NCBI GenBank assembly: GCA_051362555.1
Contig: CM120640.1
Location: 37,653,967 to 37,717,966 of the forward strand
DNA length: 64,000 nt
Reading direction: 5' to 3'
From: Lingula anatina
Lineage: Eukaryota; Animalia; Brachiopoda
The position numbers were made by a program, and so were the translations under genes. Below the pieces are notes generated by a model. That model was not told where the DNA came from, did no database searches, and was given only the letters and a program-made list of their open reading frames with translations. Of the stretch, positions 1-12,489 are shown piece by piece (position 1 is the first letter of the stretch; each line of letters begins with the position of its first letter).

Positions 1-332
1 AAGAGTACTGAAAACTGTGTGTAACATTTTGTTTTTGGTGATATTTCTTTGGCAACAAACCTTGCCTTTCCGCCTTTGCCGAGTTTTAAGCGTCTCTGGA
101 ATTAGATCTTCCAAACAAGTCTGTTGGCTTTTCAAAATCTGACGTATATCAAAGCATGGCGATGCCTTATTTCGTAAAGCAGAAACGTTTAGGATGGCTT
201 CTTGGTGTTTTTCTTTGTTTAATGATCATTTGCAGGGATAATTGCTAGACTACCGATATTCATTATTGGCATTGTTAAAAGAAATATTCCATTTATTGTA
301 ATGCCTTGCACTGTATGTTCTACATTCCAGGT

Positions 333-415
333 ATGCATCGGATAGCGAACCTCATCTTAACGACATTATTCCTGGTTTTATTATTGAGTAAAGGCACCGG
401 CAGCGTGGATTGCAG
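333..415 (+). CDS. Precursor gene 1, first coding exon: signal peptide of a putative small secreted protein
   Basis: Acceptor ttccag (329-330), ATG at 333, MHRIANLILTTLFLVLLLSKGTGSVDC(R), consensus donor AG|gtaagt at 416 (phase 2). Confidence 0.6.
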
Positions 416-440
416 GTAAGTTAATCACGATATTCCTTAT

Positions 441-443
<3 letters not shown>

Positions 444-490
<47 letters not shown>
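444..490. repeat. (GA)n microsatellite
   Basis: Direct dinucleotide run. Confidence 0.95.
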
Positions 491-493
<3 letters not shown>

Positions 494-3400
494 TGGGGGG
501 GGGGCAATCATCGCGCTATAGAAGATATTCCACCTGCATCATATAATTTTCGGTAAAACATGGATGTATCTCAGCAACCAATTAAAATATTTGTTTTGGT
601 AGTAGGTATGTATGTTTCTGAATGTATTATTTCACAATTTTTGGGCACTTTCACACAGCTGAAAGTATTGGTCAAATTACTGCTTAATTGGGAACAAATA
701 CGCCTAACAATTCATTTCTGTCAACGTGTTTCATGTGTTATTGCCATAGAAGTTTACACAGTAGCTTGTTTCATTTCTTTTCAATCTTTTCAAGATATCT
801 TTAGATATACTTTTGCTATGATAAATAACTTTTCACCACCAAGCAAGTCTGTTTGTTTGCACCAGGAAATTTCCCATAAGACCAATAGTTTTTATATCAT
901 TTCGAACGTTATTAATGATGTATGATATGTGTGCTTAATGTAATAAGAAGAGATGAAGAGATATGCAGGGAAGAGCTATTTGATTCTAACGCTACTGCTT
1001 TAACACAATACCTTGAACCTTACTTTGCCAAAAACTTCAAAGAGAACCATTTGCAGAACTGAATAAGTCAAAATAAATAGAGCTTATTCAACCAATTTGT
1101 ATATCAGTGTCGAAGTGTCTATCCAAAGGTTAATTTCAGCTTTTTAATATCTAAAAGTTCTTTGAGTTTTGACGCGAAGTAATACAATTAAAGTTAATGC
1201 CGCTTTTGTATTTATCGATAAAGAATTAGCCTACGCATAGAAATACTATTAATGACAGCATATAGGGAATTAATGAAGTTGACTTTCAGAAAAAGACATC
1301 CATGATTAATCCCTTAATTTTGATCAATGTGACTAGACGGTTTGGTTCAATAATCATATGTTAGATTCATTTCTATTGGACGTTTTTTCTTTTGGTTATG
1401 GATATTGGTTTTGAAGTATTGTTAAAGGCGAATGTTCAGCGGACATTTGAGAAATATAGGACATTATGTTTTTTTTTTTTGTTGTTAAATTTTGAAGTTA
1501 AGCGTTTAGGTATAACTCATTATTTAACCTGTTAGGCATTTAAGTATAACTCGCTATTAATGTGTTTTGTATTATTTTAAGCGACTCGTTTTAGTTTAAC
1601 ATGTAAATGCACGCGTGAGTTAACCTTTAAATGGACACGAATCTTCGCGTGCCTTTGCGCGTGGGTGCTTGTCAACGCCGACAGGTAAACTGCTGACTAT
1701 CGCGCCACCACTTTCTTCAGAACACACGACAAGCAGACCTTTCGTAAAGGGCAGAATCGATCCCCAATCCCGATAAGTACATTTCATGGCTGTGTTCTAA
1801 TCTACATGCCTAATAGTTAAGCTCATGTATATAGTGTATAGTTAATGGTTGGATACTTTTGCAATGCAGAAATGAACGAGTAACATGCATGTACATTTAA
1901 AGAAACGGCTGGACCTATACACGCAATGCCAGAGTCCCATAAGTTAACGGACGATGGAGCTAAATGGTTAGAACAAGATGTAAGCCCGTAAAGCTGTCAG
2001 CTTCTCTGTTAGACAAGCATTAAAATACTTTATGGATTCTGAGGGCCCTCTCCCGGAAAAATCAGAGCAGGTCACCCACACCATTTGTTTTATGGCATTA
2101 GGTCACGCGAATTTATACCCCCGGTAATAGCTCTGCTTTTGGTTTCGCTTACTTCTTGTCTTCAAACAAGCCATAAAAGGGTTGACATTTACTTATCCCC
2201 GGTACCGGAGGAATGGAGACATTTCATAATCCGTGCTCACTAAAAGCGTGCATAAGAAATTGAACCGGTATATTTGTTCTCAGCTACAAATATTTTCCCT
2301 CACCCCAGGTGCTAAAATTAAATCGACCCAGGCTTCTAGAGTTTTTGGATGTTTCTAGGGTGATGATTATAATGGAGTGATTCTGTGCTGAGAAGTTATA
2401 TTTTTGATCCTGATGCGCTAAAAGAGAGCGACATGCTTAATCCATAGTTCATTGAAAAGCAAGAAAATATGTACGTGCATTTGCCGACACGTATATACAG
2501 TATATATGCTTATGGATTTAGCTGAAGATGGGTATAACCATGCTTTAATTAGAATAATGATATACTTTCTGTAACAAACTGTTTTTTGTATGGTACTGAT
2601 TTTAAGATCCAAAGGAAATCACATTCTCGTTAAGCATTTCGCGGCGCACAATTGACGGGAAAACGATAAACTAGTTACGAGTAAGTTATTGCTTAGGTTT
2701 CTAAAGACCCAGTGTTTTCTCTGGAGCCACCGTGATTCTAGACACTATCCTATAAATTTGAATCCCATCTAAAACCATTAAAAGTACATTATAGTGACAT
2801 CTGAGCAGAACAAAAAACGTTTCGTGTTAATCCCCCTGCGTTTATTCCACAGTTTAGTCGCATCGGGTGCTAATGTTGCAAGTTTATTCAATACGTTGCC
2901 TCCAATGAGGGGAGCTTTTCTCAATCTACAGACGCATCGGCGGTACCTGATATAGCTAGGGGATCGCAAACTGACAGGAGACGCGCATACATGTAAAATC
3001 ACTTGGGTGCCATTATCTACGGTTTCATTTTATACCAGATACTGTACTTCTTGTATTGGAATACACCCCACATTGGTAGTCAGCACGCGGCGTAGGGGTT
3101 CGGTAGTTAAATTATGACACAACCACGCGTGTTGGCCAAAGATAACGCAATTGTCAAGGAATAAATGTGACAGATTACTTGAAGACAATTTGACTGTCGT
3201 CAGCTTAGCAGTAGTTCACCGCGATGGAGCATGTCTGTTGTGGAATGTGTCTGCACCGGATAAACAGCTAGTGTTATGCGAATTTAGTGAATGCAGTGTA
3301 TTATGAGGTCTTTACTAATAATATCAGTTGATTAATTCAATAATATTATGCTTAAAGAAATAATACTGACAGCCACCATGTTGTAGCAGCATTGATTTTA

Positions 3401-6270
3401 ATTACACTATGCATTATGTATGTTATATGCCTGGATATTCAATACATGCTTCTAAAACTATAATTGAGTCATTTAGCGGAAAATATTTTAATATAACACC
3501 ACTTTCACCCCAACTGGACATTTGGAATCAGAGGACCAGCTTTCTTTCTTTTCGCGTATGTTTTTTTTTTCAAATTTATTCTTGACGACAATGACTTTGT
3601 TTTACAATCGATATAACAACCCTATGTCTTCGCGTTTCTTTAATTAGCACACCCGGGGTGACTGTTTTGATAAGGTTTCGCATCCTTATGTATCGGATTT
3701 TATTACCTGGAGCTTTTGTACATTCAGTCCGTGACCCAAATGAAAATTTCACGAGGGCACATAACATAAACAAGTCTTTTAATAAACAGGTCTTACAAAA
3801 CCAACCAAAACAACAATCATGTCGATTTCCGATAAGCAAGCGTGCTTTAAGATTATTAAACATTGGCATTCGCGAAAAAACTGGAGGAAGCCTTACAAGC
3901 TAACTAGAACCGTTCTTCAATTTACCACCGTGTCTTTAAAGGAAATGAATAAGCGGCGTCCATTAGCAATGCATTGCTACGTTTGCATAATCTTCTCTGT
4001 AGGTTATTGATAGGGTGTGGGCATTTCCATTTTTATTGATATTATACAATTGAAATACAAGAAACTATGCTTATGAACATTATCTGAGACAAGCCATTTA
4101 CATATTCTTAAAACATGCACCATATAAAGTGCTGTTATCTTGGAGTGAATTATTATCAATATTCAGCCGCACTCTGAGAAATCTTCTGTTTTTCACCAAT
4201 AAATAAAGATTATGTGCAAATAGCAGGTGGCAAAATGGTTCACGCAAAGGGCGTATTTTAATATGCATTTATTGCCACGGAAAACGATATAACCCATTTC
4301 ACGCAGGAGCATACGTGCACATGTATATCTGAAATAATGCGAATACATGTGTGAACGAGGTTGAAAACACCCGTTACTTGTCATCTGACTAAAATTAATA
4401 GTTTGGCATACACTGTCTGCCTTGCCTCATTAACCTTGTTTTGAAACATGCACGTTAGAATTATCACGGTTCCTTTATTAACACAACGCAATCCGATGAG
4501 CTTTTTAACGCACAGACAAGTAAATCCTGTTTGAGCGAAGCAGACGATCACGTAAAAGCTCTCTGGTCCAATGGTAAATTGTGATATATCATTAATTTGG
4601 CAAACGCTCTATCATTAACCCACAAAATATTTTATTTTTAATTTTTTTTTCGAATATCAAAGCGTCGGTAACATGCTAACTAACATCCAAGAGACCATCG
4701 GTGCTCTGCCTTTAGTGATTTGACACAAGGACTGAAGAGATGTATAGCTCTGGCTTTTTGAAGACACGTAACAATTTTTTCGTTTTATAAACGCATTCGT
4801 CATCAACATCCCTTTGATTTAAAGTTTGTTTTTTATATGTGATATCTATTTGAAATTATTCCCAATACTGATTCTGAAATACGTTGAGGCGATACCGAAA
4901 AGAAAATTAAGTTAGATATCAATATTGATAACCTAGTTGGCATCCAGTAGACACGTAGGGTGGAATTAATTAAATGATCAAAGAGAGTTTAGATTATGAT
5001 TAATTGCGCGGGTGATGTGTATATCTTTTGGTTATTGATGATGTTTGTGATCTTAGCATATGTAACTGAACAGAACTAAATGTGATCATATCTAAGCACA
5101 TCAAATAGATAAATGAGTTTCCTTTTATTCTAGATAAAGAGAAATAGCTGTCATCTATCCAACGCCTTTTCTGCACAGCATTTTTAATTGGTCATTAATT
5201 GTCTTTCGTGAAGGGCGTTACTACCAGCTTTTACCAGTTTGTTTGTGCCTTCAATAAATACAAAGGCACACAATGAAAACAATGCGTTTTTTGTCTTCCC
5301 CCCCCCCCCCCCCCACACACCCACACGAGTAAATTCCTGGTAATCACGCAAAAGACAAGAAAACAAGTAAATGCATGATCGGTACGGAGAAATAGGGTAT
5401 AAGTACTATTTAATTTGTATGAACAATCGGTAATAAGTGATAAACGTTTGAAAACTCCAACTTGTCGTCGTCAATATTACAATACACAAGTCCTTTGCAA
5501 ACAATAAATTGAAACCCCATTTATTTTACTTGTTGAGAGTTTATTTTCTAGACGATCTAAAGCTTCATACCATGAATAAACAATACTTTTTTTAAAACAA
5601 TACTTGTACTTCCAAATTCTCAATAAATGCCCATTACATTTGCTATTTCGTTTATGGCCGGTTTGTTAGACCCCCCCGTCGCGTAAAGGTCTTGAGCCAA
5701 TACTTCTGCTGTAGTACGTCTTTATATGCACGCCGTGGCGCTCAATAAATCGTAGTACAAAAGTGCAATGCTTGAACTAATCAGCATTTTGATATCTCAA
5801 CCTCTTAATCTCTTTCTTAGTGACCGTGATTAATCGGCCGTCTGGTTTCCTTGTAAAATACTCTCAGAACATTTTTCAAAATGACAATACGATCCTTCGC
5901 CTCTGCCAGGGAATTTACTTCCTAATATTCGAAAATACTGTGCCAGTGCCCCTTTGCGCGTTAAGTGAAAATTGGCAGCGATTACCTTGCTTTGCTTTAT
6001 TACAGTTAAGGAAGGCCAGGAAGAGCGATCCCTTAGATTGTGCCATCAGGGTTGCGGACACAAATTATTTTCTTGTTGAAGTCACACGCATTTGGTTAGA
6101 ATATTTGTATGGCCTTACTCTTTAAACTTGGATGAAATCAGGACGCAAAAAATGAATTTAGGTGCTAGTAGAGACCTTAAGCCTCAAAAGTTTACTCATG
6201 TAAGGTGAAACTTATTTGTATATATCATCGTGGAAAAATAAGGTATGACAAAAATTCACCCAAACACCAG

Positions 6271-7051
6271 GGCCAAGTTTCATAAAGACCGTATAGCACT
6301 AACCGCCGATTAAATCAAGCGTTTAAATTAAAAGACGTTTAACCAGATTTCATAAATACCGTTAAGCTCTTACTAACGCTTGAATCTCCTCAACGGCTGG
6401 TTAAATTTATACGCTCCAAAGAAGGTAGTTTAAATTTCTTAAACAGTGGATAAAAATGGCAAACCAACTGCGGTTTGCCAGAAATCCCAATAGGTATATG
6501 CCATTTAAGGCACGTAAACGGGGGAATGTTCGTAGAGATTATTTCAATTTTGAAGATGGGACTGATCAAGAACTGATTGAGCGATTTAGATTGAGCAGAA
6601 ATTCCATCATGTACCAAGAAAATTTATCAAAGATAAACAGCAAGTTCCAGAGACGGAGAGGAATTATTCTCTGAGTATCAGAGAGCAAATATTGCTGGCA
6701 CTACGATTTTTTTGCCCTTTTTTGTTTCTGCGACATGTTTCGACAATGTGACAATGGATAAAGTTAGCAGACAACAAAAACAAACAATGGATTATGGGTC
6801 TTTTATTTTGTTTATAGAAACCCCTTGCATTCTGGGTAATTTCATTCCCAAATACGGTCTAGTTACGTTGTTCATATATAGCAACTAAACGCTGGATGAA
6901 ATATTTAAACGTCGGTTAACTAAGCGGCTGTTTAAACACTATTTATGAAACACAATTTTAACCCTCATTTAGTTAACGGGTGTTTAGAGAATTTCTCCAC
7001 TGGTTAGGCTTATACACTGGTTAGTGCTTAAGTCCTTTATGAAACTGGGCC
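6271..7051 (+). mobile_element. Internally deleted PIF/Harbinger DNA transposon with HARBI1-like transposase N-terminal relic
   Basis: TIRs ggccaagtttcataaag / ctttatgaaactgggcc and 3-bp TSD CAG (6268-70, 7052-54). Internal ORF ...TDQELIERFRLSRNSI... is followed in a shifted frame by LSIREQILLALRFF, typical of the Harbinger transposase N-terminus. Confidence 0.85.
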
Positions 7052-8766
7052 CAGCTGGCTAAATTTTATGCACATTTAGCGTCATTATTGAGCGAGAGGC
7101 AGTACAATTGTTGTGATAAGCAATTGGCTCTTCCACCTTAACATGAGGGGATTATGAAATGAGCTACCGTTCAATATATCTCACAGTTATGAGGTTCAGT
7201 AATTCTACTCAATATGTTTCCCAAATCACCGTAAAAAATCTGAAGCTCTGACAAGCGCTAGTAACAGAGAAGCTATCTGATTTCACTGGGTTTGATGTAT
7301 GGAAGGGTTCCGAACCAACAGGAACAATCAAGCCCGATCAATTGAGATGCCGTTCAAATAATTGTAGGCCCATAATGTAACTGATGGAATCATAAATCAA
7401 TTCAAACAAACGTGTGGTTGGGGAGCCCAAAGCGAGTAGTTTGCTTAGACGTGTTATGTAAGAAAATTCAGCCCTATAATTTGGTCTTAGCAAATCCATC
7501 GACTCTACGTACCTTATTTAAGTAAAATCCAGTATTCTGATAAGTGTAAAGTTTGTTGAATACCGCGGTAGTTTTTCGTACATGTACACCTTTTTTACCT
7601 TTATGCACGAGTAAAACATTTGTTATCATTTAGTTTCTGTAACTTCTTCCTCCAGTTTGACTAACAAACGTGAGCTGCCGTTCCCCAATTGTTCTCAAAT
7701 TTCAACCCTATTAACATATCTTTAGTGAAACAAACTTCACCAAAATACCCTAGCAGATAAATGCACAGCAGTCAAATATACTGTCAGCGTTGTTTCCTAT
7801 TGAGCAGACGTTATTAAGTCTCACTCCGATACATTTGACATTTGAAATAACCTTACACCTTCATTTAGAACAAAGATTAAATAAATAAGATTGGTCAGTT
7901 TGCATTGTTAGTTACGCGTATATTTTTCTACGTGTTTACCGCGGAGTATGCACAGGGCTGTGAGTTAGATATATGATATTTTGCCTATGTTTTTAACATC
8001 AAGAATGAAGTTTCACTACTTTCAGTGTTACCACATGTATATACTCTCATGGCAAATGTTGATGGGTATATCAGTAAGACACGTAAATGCTGTCAGACTA
8101 TCACTGAATGCTAAAGGGAAAGTCATTAGAGTCGTTAATGTACACTCTTGATTATTAGTGTAGTGATTTTGCAAACTGTTAATTGGATGGCTTTGATTTT
8201 GACAAACAACTGAAGAAAGAAGTGGTCGAGGACGCAGGTACAATACGTCTGTGAGTGGTTTACGATAAACATATTTCAGTTGAATGAACAATGAGGCTGT
8301 AGAATAAAATATATATAAAGTTATGTATATCGCAATATTTGGACGCAATCTTTAATTACATCCCACCCAGTGACGGGTCTTTACATGGATTGACCCAACC
8401 CTGGTGGGCACTCGCTAAGTGAAATCAGCTAAACTACTTGACACGCAATAAACCAATACCAAACTTAATTTGATAAGGTCTCCGATTTCGGATTTTCAGC
8501 AAATAAATCTTATTTTGTCCTGCTTAAATGTTCGATTGATGCCCCCGAATGCAAGACACATAAGAGGCACGGTAAAGACCTTTCACATTTACCAGCATTT
8601 ACTCACTGATATTGATGACTTTAGCACAGTGACCTTTTGAGGACTTAAGGGGATAGTTATCCTCTTAATGTAGAGACTAAATCAAACCACTATTAGTTAC
8701 CCCTTGTCAGTCAACTTTGCAAGTTCACTTCAGTGTGATTCTGATAGCAATACTTTTAAGCCCATG

Positions 8767-8767
<1 letters not shown>

Positions 8768-8818
<51 letters not shown>
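8768..8818. repeat. (GT)n microsatellite
   Basis: Direct dinucleotide run. Confidence 0.95.
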
Positions 8819-8822
<4 letters not shown>

Positions 8823-10414
8823 AGAGAGTTTACGGATGTTTGTGGGACGCACGCATCCGTGTTTGTGCGGATTTAAATGAATAACAGATATTTCCTTTTT
8901 TTCTCAAAATAAAATTTGCCTACACTGATAAATCACTGCGATGCAGTCTGGTATTAACAGCAGCGTATTGCTGTACAACAATGTTACAGAGAAAATGGTA
9001 TTGAGTAACACAATGATTTATATCTTTACGATTGTTGTAGTATTATGCACCTACATAGCTTGGTTTATTATATATTATACGCAATATGCATAGAGCATGG
9101 ATGACTTTGAAATTGAACGAAAGAACGGATACACAAAACTATCATCATTCACATGATTTTAGTGTAATAGTTTCGTATGCCTATCATCTGTGCACCTTTA
9201 TGGCGTCTATGATTTAACAGCCAACGCTGTAGATAACGTTAACATTTATCACAAAAATACCAAAATATACACAGTGGACGCTGAAGCAGTCCCACAGCGT
9301 TTTAAAGCAAAACTACCCAATTATTGATGTGATCAACAAGCGTTGAGATTGTCTATCAGGAAAATAACGATAAGTAGTTTTGAAAAGCAAATAAATCAGT
9401 CCTGAGTTTTTTTAAGTGTCCATTAAACAAATGCTGTTTAGATATGACAGTTGACAAAATGATTAACGTGTTATGTTGCTGTCTGCGTCTGTCACTTCCG
9501 TGCGTCAAATTTTAAAGGTTAATATTTGTGACATGGTAACACGTATAATCCTCTGAAACCGGCAATACGTAATATATATTCATGAGATTTCGACCTGGCT
9601 GTGCTGTTTCACTCGCTGTTTAATAATTGTGTGTGCGGGCCAGTAAACTAACTTGCCGCGCCGTCTCATAGCCTACCACCTATGAAAAAGTTTTTGGTCT
9701 TAAAGGCACCTTAAAGCCGTGCTGGAAGTCTTCGTTTTAATGCATGGCCCCAAATGGTTGACTGGGCCCCGTCTTCTCTGTGTCATTTAACGGTATTGTG
9801 GTTGAAGGACGAGATTGTGTTGTGAAAACGCAATCGGTTCATTCGCGTTGCAGAAACTGGTAGCGCATCTGAGCAAACGCAACGCGATACTGCTCAACTA
9901 AAGCAATTGATGACAGCGGCTTTAATGTTGCCTTCTCTAGACACCTTTCTATCAGCGTACATTTTTTTCTTTTTAATGCCTGCCCCTATTTTGTCTAAGA
10001 TGACAAAACATACTTTTCTTTACAATCGTTAAAGGCATATCGGTTTATAGCATTACGCATTACTGCAATATTATATAAATTGTGTTTCGCGATGGCTTCA
10101 TATACGTTACATGATGCATGAACTAATAGATTACAAATCCCATCACTTGGTAACTAAAAGCAAGATTAAAACATTGAGATATTTTCCCCCTTTCTACTTT
10201 CAGAAAAATCATCTTCCATCCGTCATGCCGAGGAATCTACGCTAAAAGGGACTACAGCATCTCAGACAACTCACATTTAGAAAACACATTAGGATCATAT
10301 GCAAACCTTTATAGGCAATTAGGGTGAGTGTACGCGCACGTGTACGTGTTCGTACGTGCGCATGTGAGCGAAAGGTCATATTGCAGCGCTCGTCTGTGCG
10401 AGGTATCTTAGCTT

Positions 10415-10605
10415 CCCTTAACAAAGCTAAACGTTTGCGGCAAGACATTTGCATGAGTTCAAGAAAATTTTGCTGCTTATTTGCTGCAAATTTGCAACAA
10501 GCATAAACGTTTGCAGTAAGTTTGCAAGAAAATATTCATATTCTTGCAAATTTGGAGCAAATTTGCGAGGGAGTATGCGGCAGGTCTGATATTTTGCTAA
10601 TAGGG
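10415..10605. mobile_element. Non-autonomous TIR element (CACTA/EnSpm-like, CCC...GGG ends), copy 1
   Basis: cccttaacaaa ... ttttgctaataggg ends with internal tttgc/gcaaa sub-repeats; related to 35376-35649. Confidence 0.55.
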
Positions 10606-10959
10606 GTGAGATTAGGTAACGCCTTCACACGGTAATATGTAATATGCGTTGGCGAGTCTGCTTCTTCACGGCGTATTGATCGACATTAACACCCATTCAA
10701 GTAATTCATTACAACGTTCATGCAGTATGCAATTAACAAGGGGAACAGACCTTAAGGTTTTTTTTGAGTGTGTGTGTGTGTGTGTGTTTCCTATGTTAGG
10801 TTTCCGGTGGTAAATGCATTCTGCCTTCCATAATTTCATAATAAAAGTATTTTTCTCGAGATGAAAAGAACAAAAATAATGTGTTCCCTGCTGTATGCTG
10901 TTGAAACGATGTTCTCTTTTATTTGATTCAAGTGGTGACCTCGTTTCATTTTATTTCAG

Positions 10960-11095
10960 GAGAAGGTTACCTGTTTGGAAAACGGGGGATGAGGAAGAGG
11001 AAGGGGAGAGGGGAATGGAAATGGAACTGGAAACAGACCCTGCAGACGACATGATGGACAACAGGCCACATGCCAAGGACAGGCGGCAAGTAGAT
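10960..11095 (+). CDS. Precursor gene 1, second coding exon (basic peptide + acidic spacer + dibasic site)
   Basis: Acceptor ttttatttcag. Phase 2 matches exon 333-415 and gives RRLPVWKTGDEEEEGERGMEMELETDPADDMMDNRPHAKDRRQVD. Donor GAT|gtaagc at 11096 (phase 0). Confidence 0.55.
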
Positions 11096-11432
11096 GTAAG
11101 CGCCCTCTTGTGGGTTAACATCGTTGGCGATATTAATCCGCTTTATATCAGTTTCCAGACCCCATTCGTTTCCTTTAACATTGTATCCTGCAATAACATA
11201 CATGGAACTGTAGCTTTTACTTGATGCATTGATTACCATGTTTAACTGCATATTTGTACATGATGTAACATAGTGTCATTATCTCAAATATTTCTTATTT
11301 TGTATCTGTGGCGGGGGTATACCTTATCAACATATGGTGGGGTATCAGTTTTTACTTAAAATCATGAACCCAAAATAAAATCCCTTTGAGGTCTTGGATT
11401 TAAAAGCACCAATTTTTTTTCATATTTTCCAG

Positions 11433-11477
11433 GTATACTATCTTCCCATATACAAGGTCATCATGCGCCGTCGATAA
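11433..11477 (+). CDS. Precursor gene 1, candidate terminal exon a (VYYLPIYKVIMRRR*)
   Basis: Strong acceptor ttttttttcatattttccag; phase 0 reading ends RRR-stop; AATAAA at 11630. Confidence 0.35.
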   Translation, partial: VYYLPIYKVIMRRR

Positions 11478-12336
11478 TAACTCCGACGCCTGTACTGGGG
11501 TTAACGTCGGGTCTTATTACACGGAGGCTTGCATTTTTACGTATATCCCAGCTCAATATTTAGCCTTTGTTTTCGAGCCACCTTCAAAGACAAGATATAA
11601 ACGCGTTGGCGCTGATGGGATGCATTGCTAATAAAGCATGAGACATTTTACCTGCTGTATGATACCTTGACGTACAGTTAATGGTGATTGTATTCAACGC
11701 CTAACAAACGGCGAAAGAATGAGCCAGAAATGGTTTTTTTGCAATATACGCATTTCACACAGTGAAAAAGCATACATGTATAGATTGCTTAATACATGCA
11801 CTATTAATCAAATCGAGATTTGGATTGTCAGTTGACATTATTTTGACTTGGAATTAAACATTTTACAAAATATAGGCTGAGTGGTAAATCTCACCAAGTG
11901 TTTGTTTTAATAAACCTCCAAAACAGCTTTATAATTCATTGGAATTTCATCTTGTACAGTCGCATAGTATTGCCTCTGTCTGTTGTTTTGACTTTTGTCA
12001 GCTTTCCTAGCATCCCTGCGGCGCTCAATCAAATAAAAAGTAATTCCAAAATGATATTTAGTGTTTTGGTGTGGCAACAGTGATTTCTTTAAAACGTTGC
12101 TTTGTCTTGTTTTCTATAAGAAACAATATCTGTCTTGACCCCTTTTATGGGTTCATCTCCCCACACTTCCAGAGTAATGATATACGACCACTATTTCTGC
12201 CTTCAGTGACACACGATATTACTTTGGTTATAATGACGCAGTGCTGGATTACAAACAGTCAAAGATATTAGAAATCTGAGAACCCGTTCTTATGTGGTCT
12301 TCGTGTCCCCTCTTGATTGGAAATTTAATTATCCAG

Positions 12337-12489
12337 CGGACAGAGAAAGTGCCATCATTCAAGAGACTTTTACCGGGTTATTTCAGGATTGCGTCTTTAG
12401 ATAAATATATTTGTATCGAAGGCCACGGGGATGTCACGAAAACAATCATGTCAGTTCTTAAGTGTGCCAGAGGCAAAATCATGGAGTGA
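12337..12489 (+). CDS. Precursor gene 1, candidate terminal exon b (RTEKVPSFKRLLPGYFRIASLDKYICIEGHGDVTKTIMSVLKCARGKIME*)
   Basis: Acceptor aattatccag; phase-0 open frame with KR site and two Cys; AATAAA at about 12723. Confidence 0.3.
   Translation, partial: RTEKVPSFKRLLPGYFRIASLDKYICIEGHGDVTKTIMSVLKCARGKIME

Noticed and set aside
560-925. 121-aa ORF and most other ORF-track entries
   Set aside because: Intronic or intergenic AT-rich chance ORFs, or antisense shadows of real exons; no motifs or splice support.
10960-11054. Phase-1 frame GEGYLFGKR resembling a sulfakinin/CCK-type amidated peptide
   Set aside because: Needs an upstream phase-1 exon ending in DY, which I did not find; the available signal exon is phase 2. 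Revisit if RNA-seq shows another exon.
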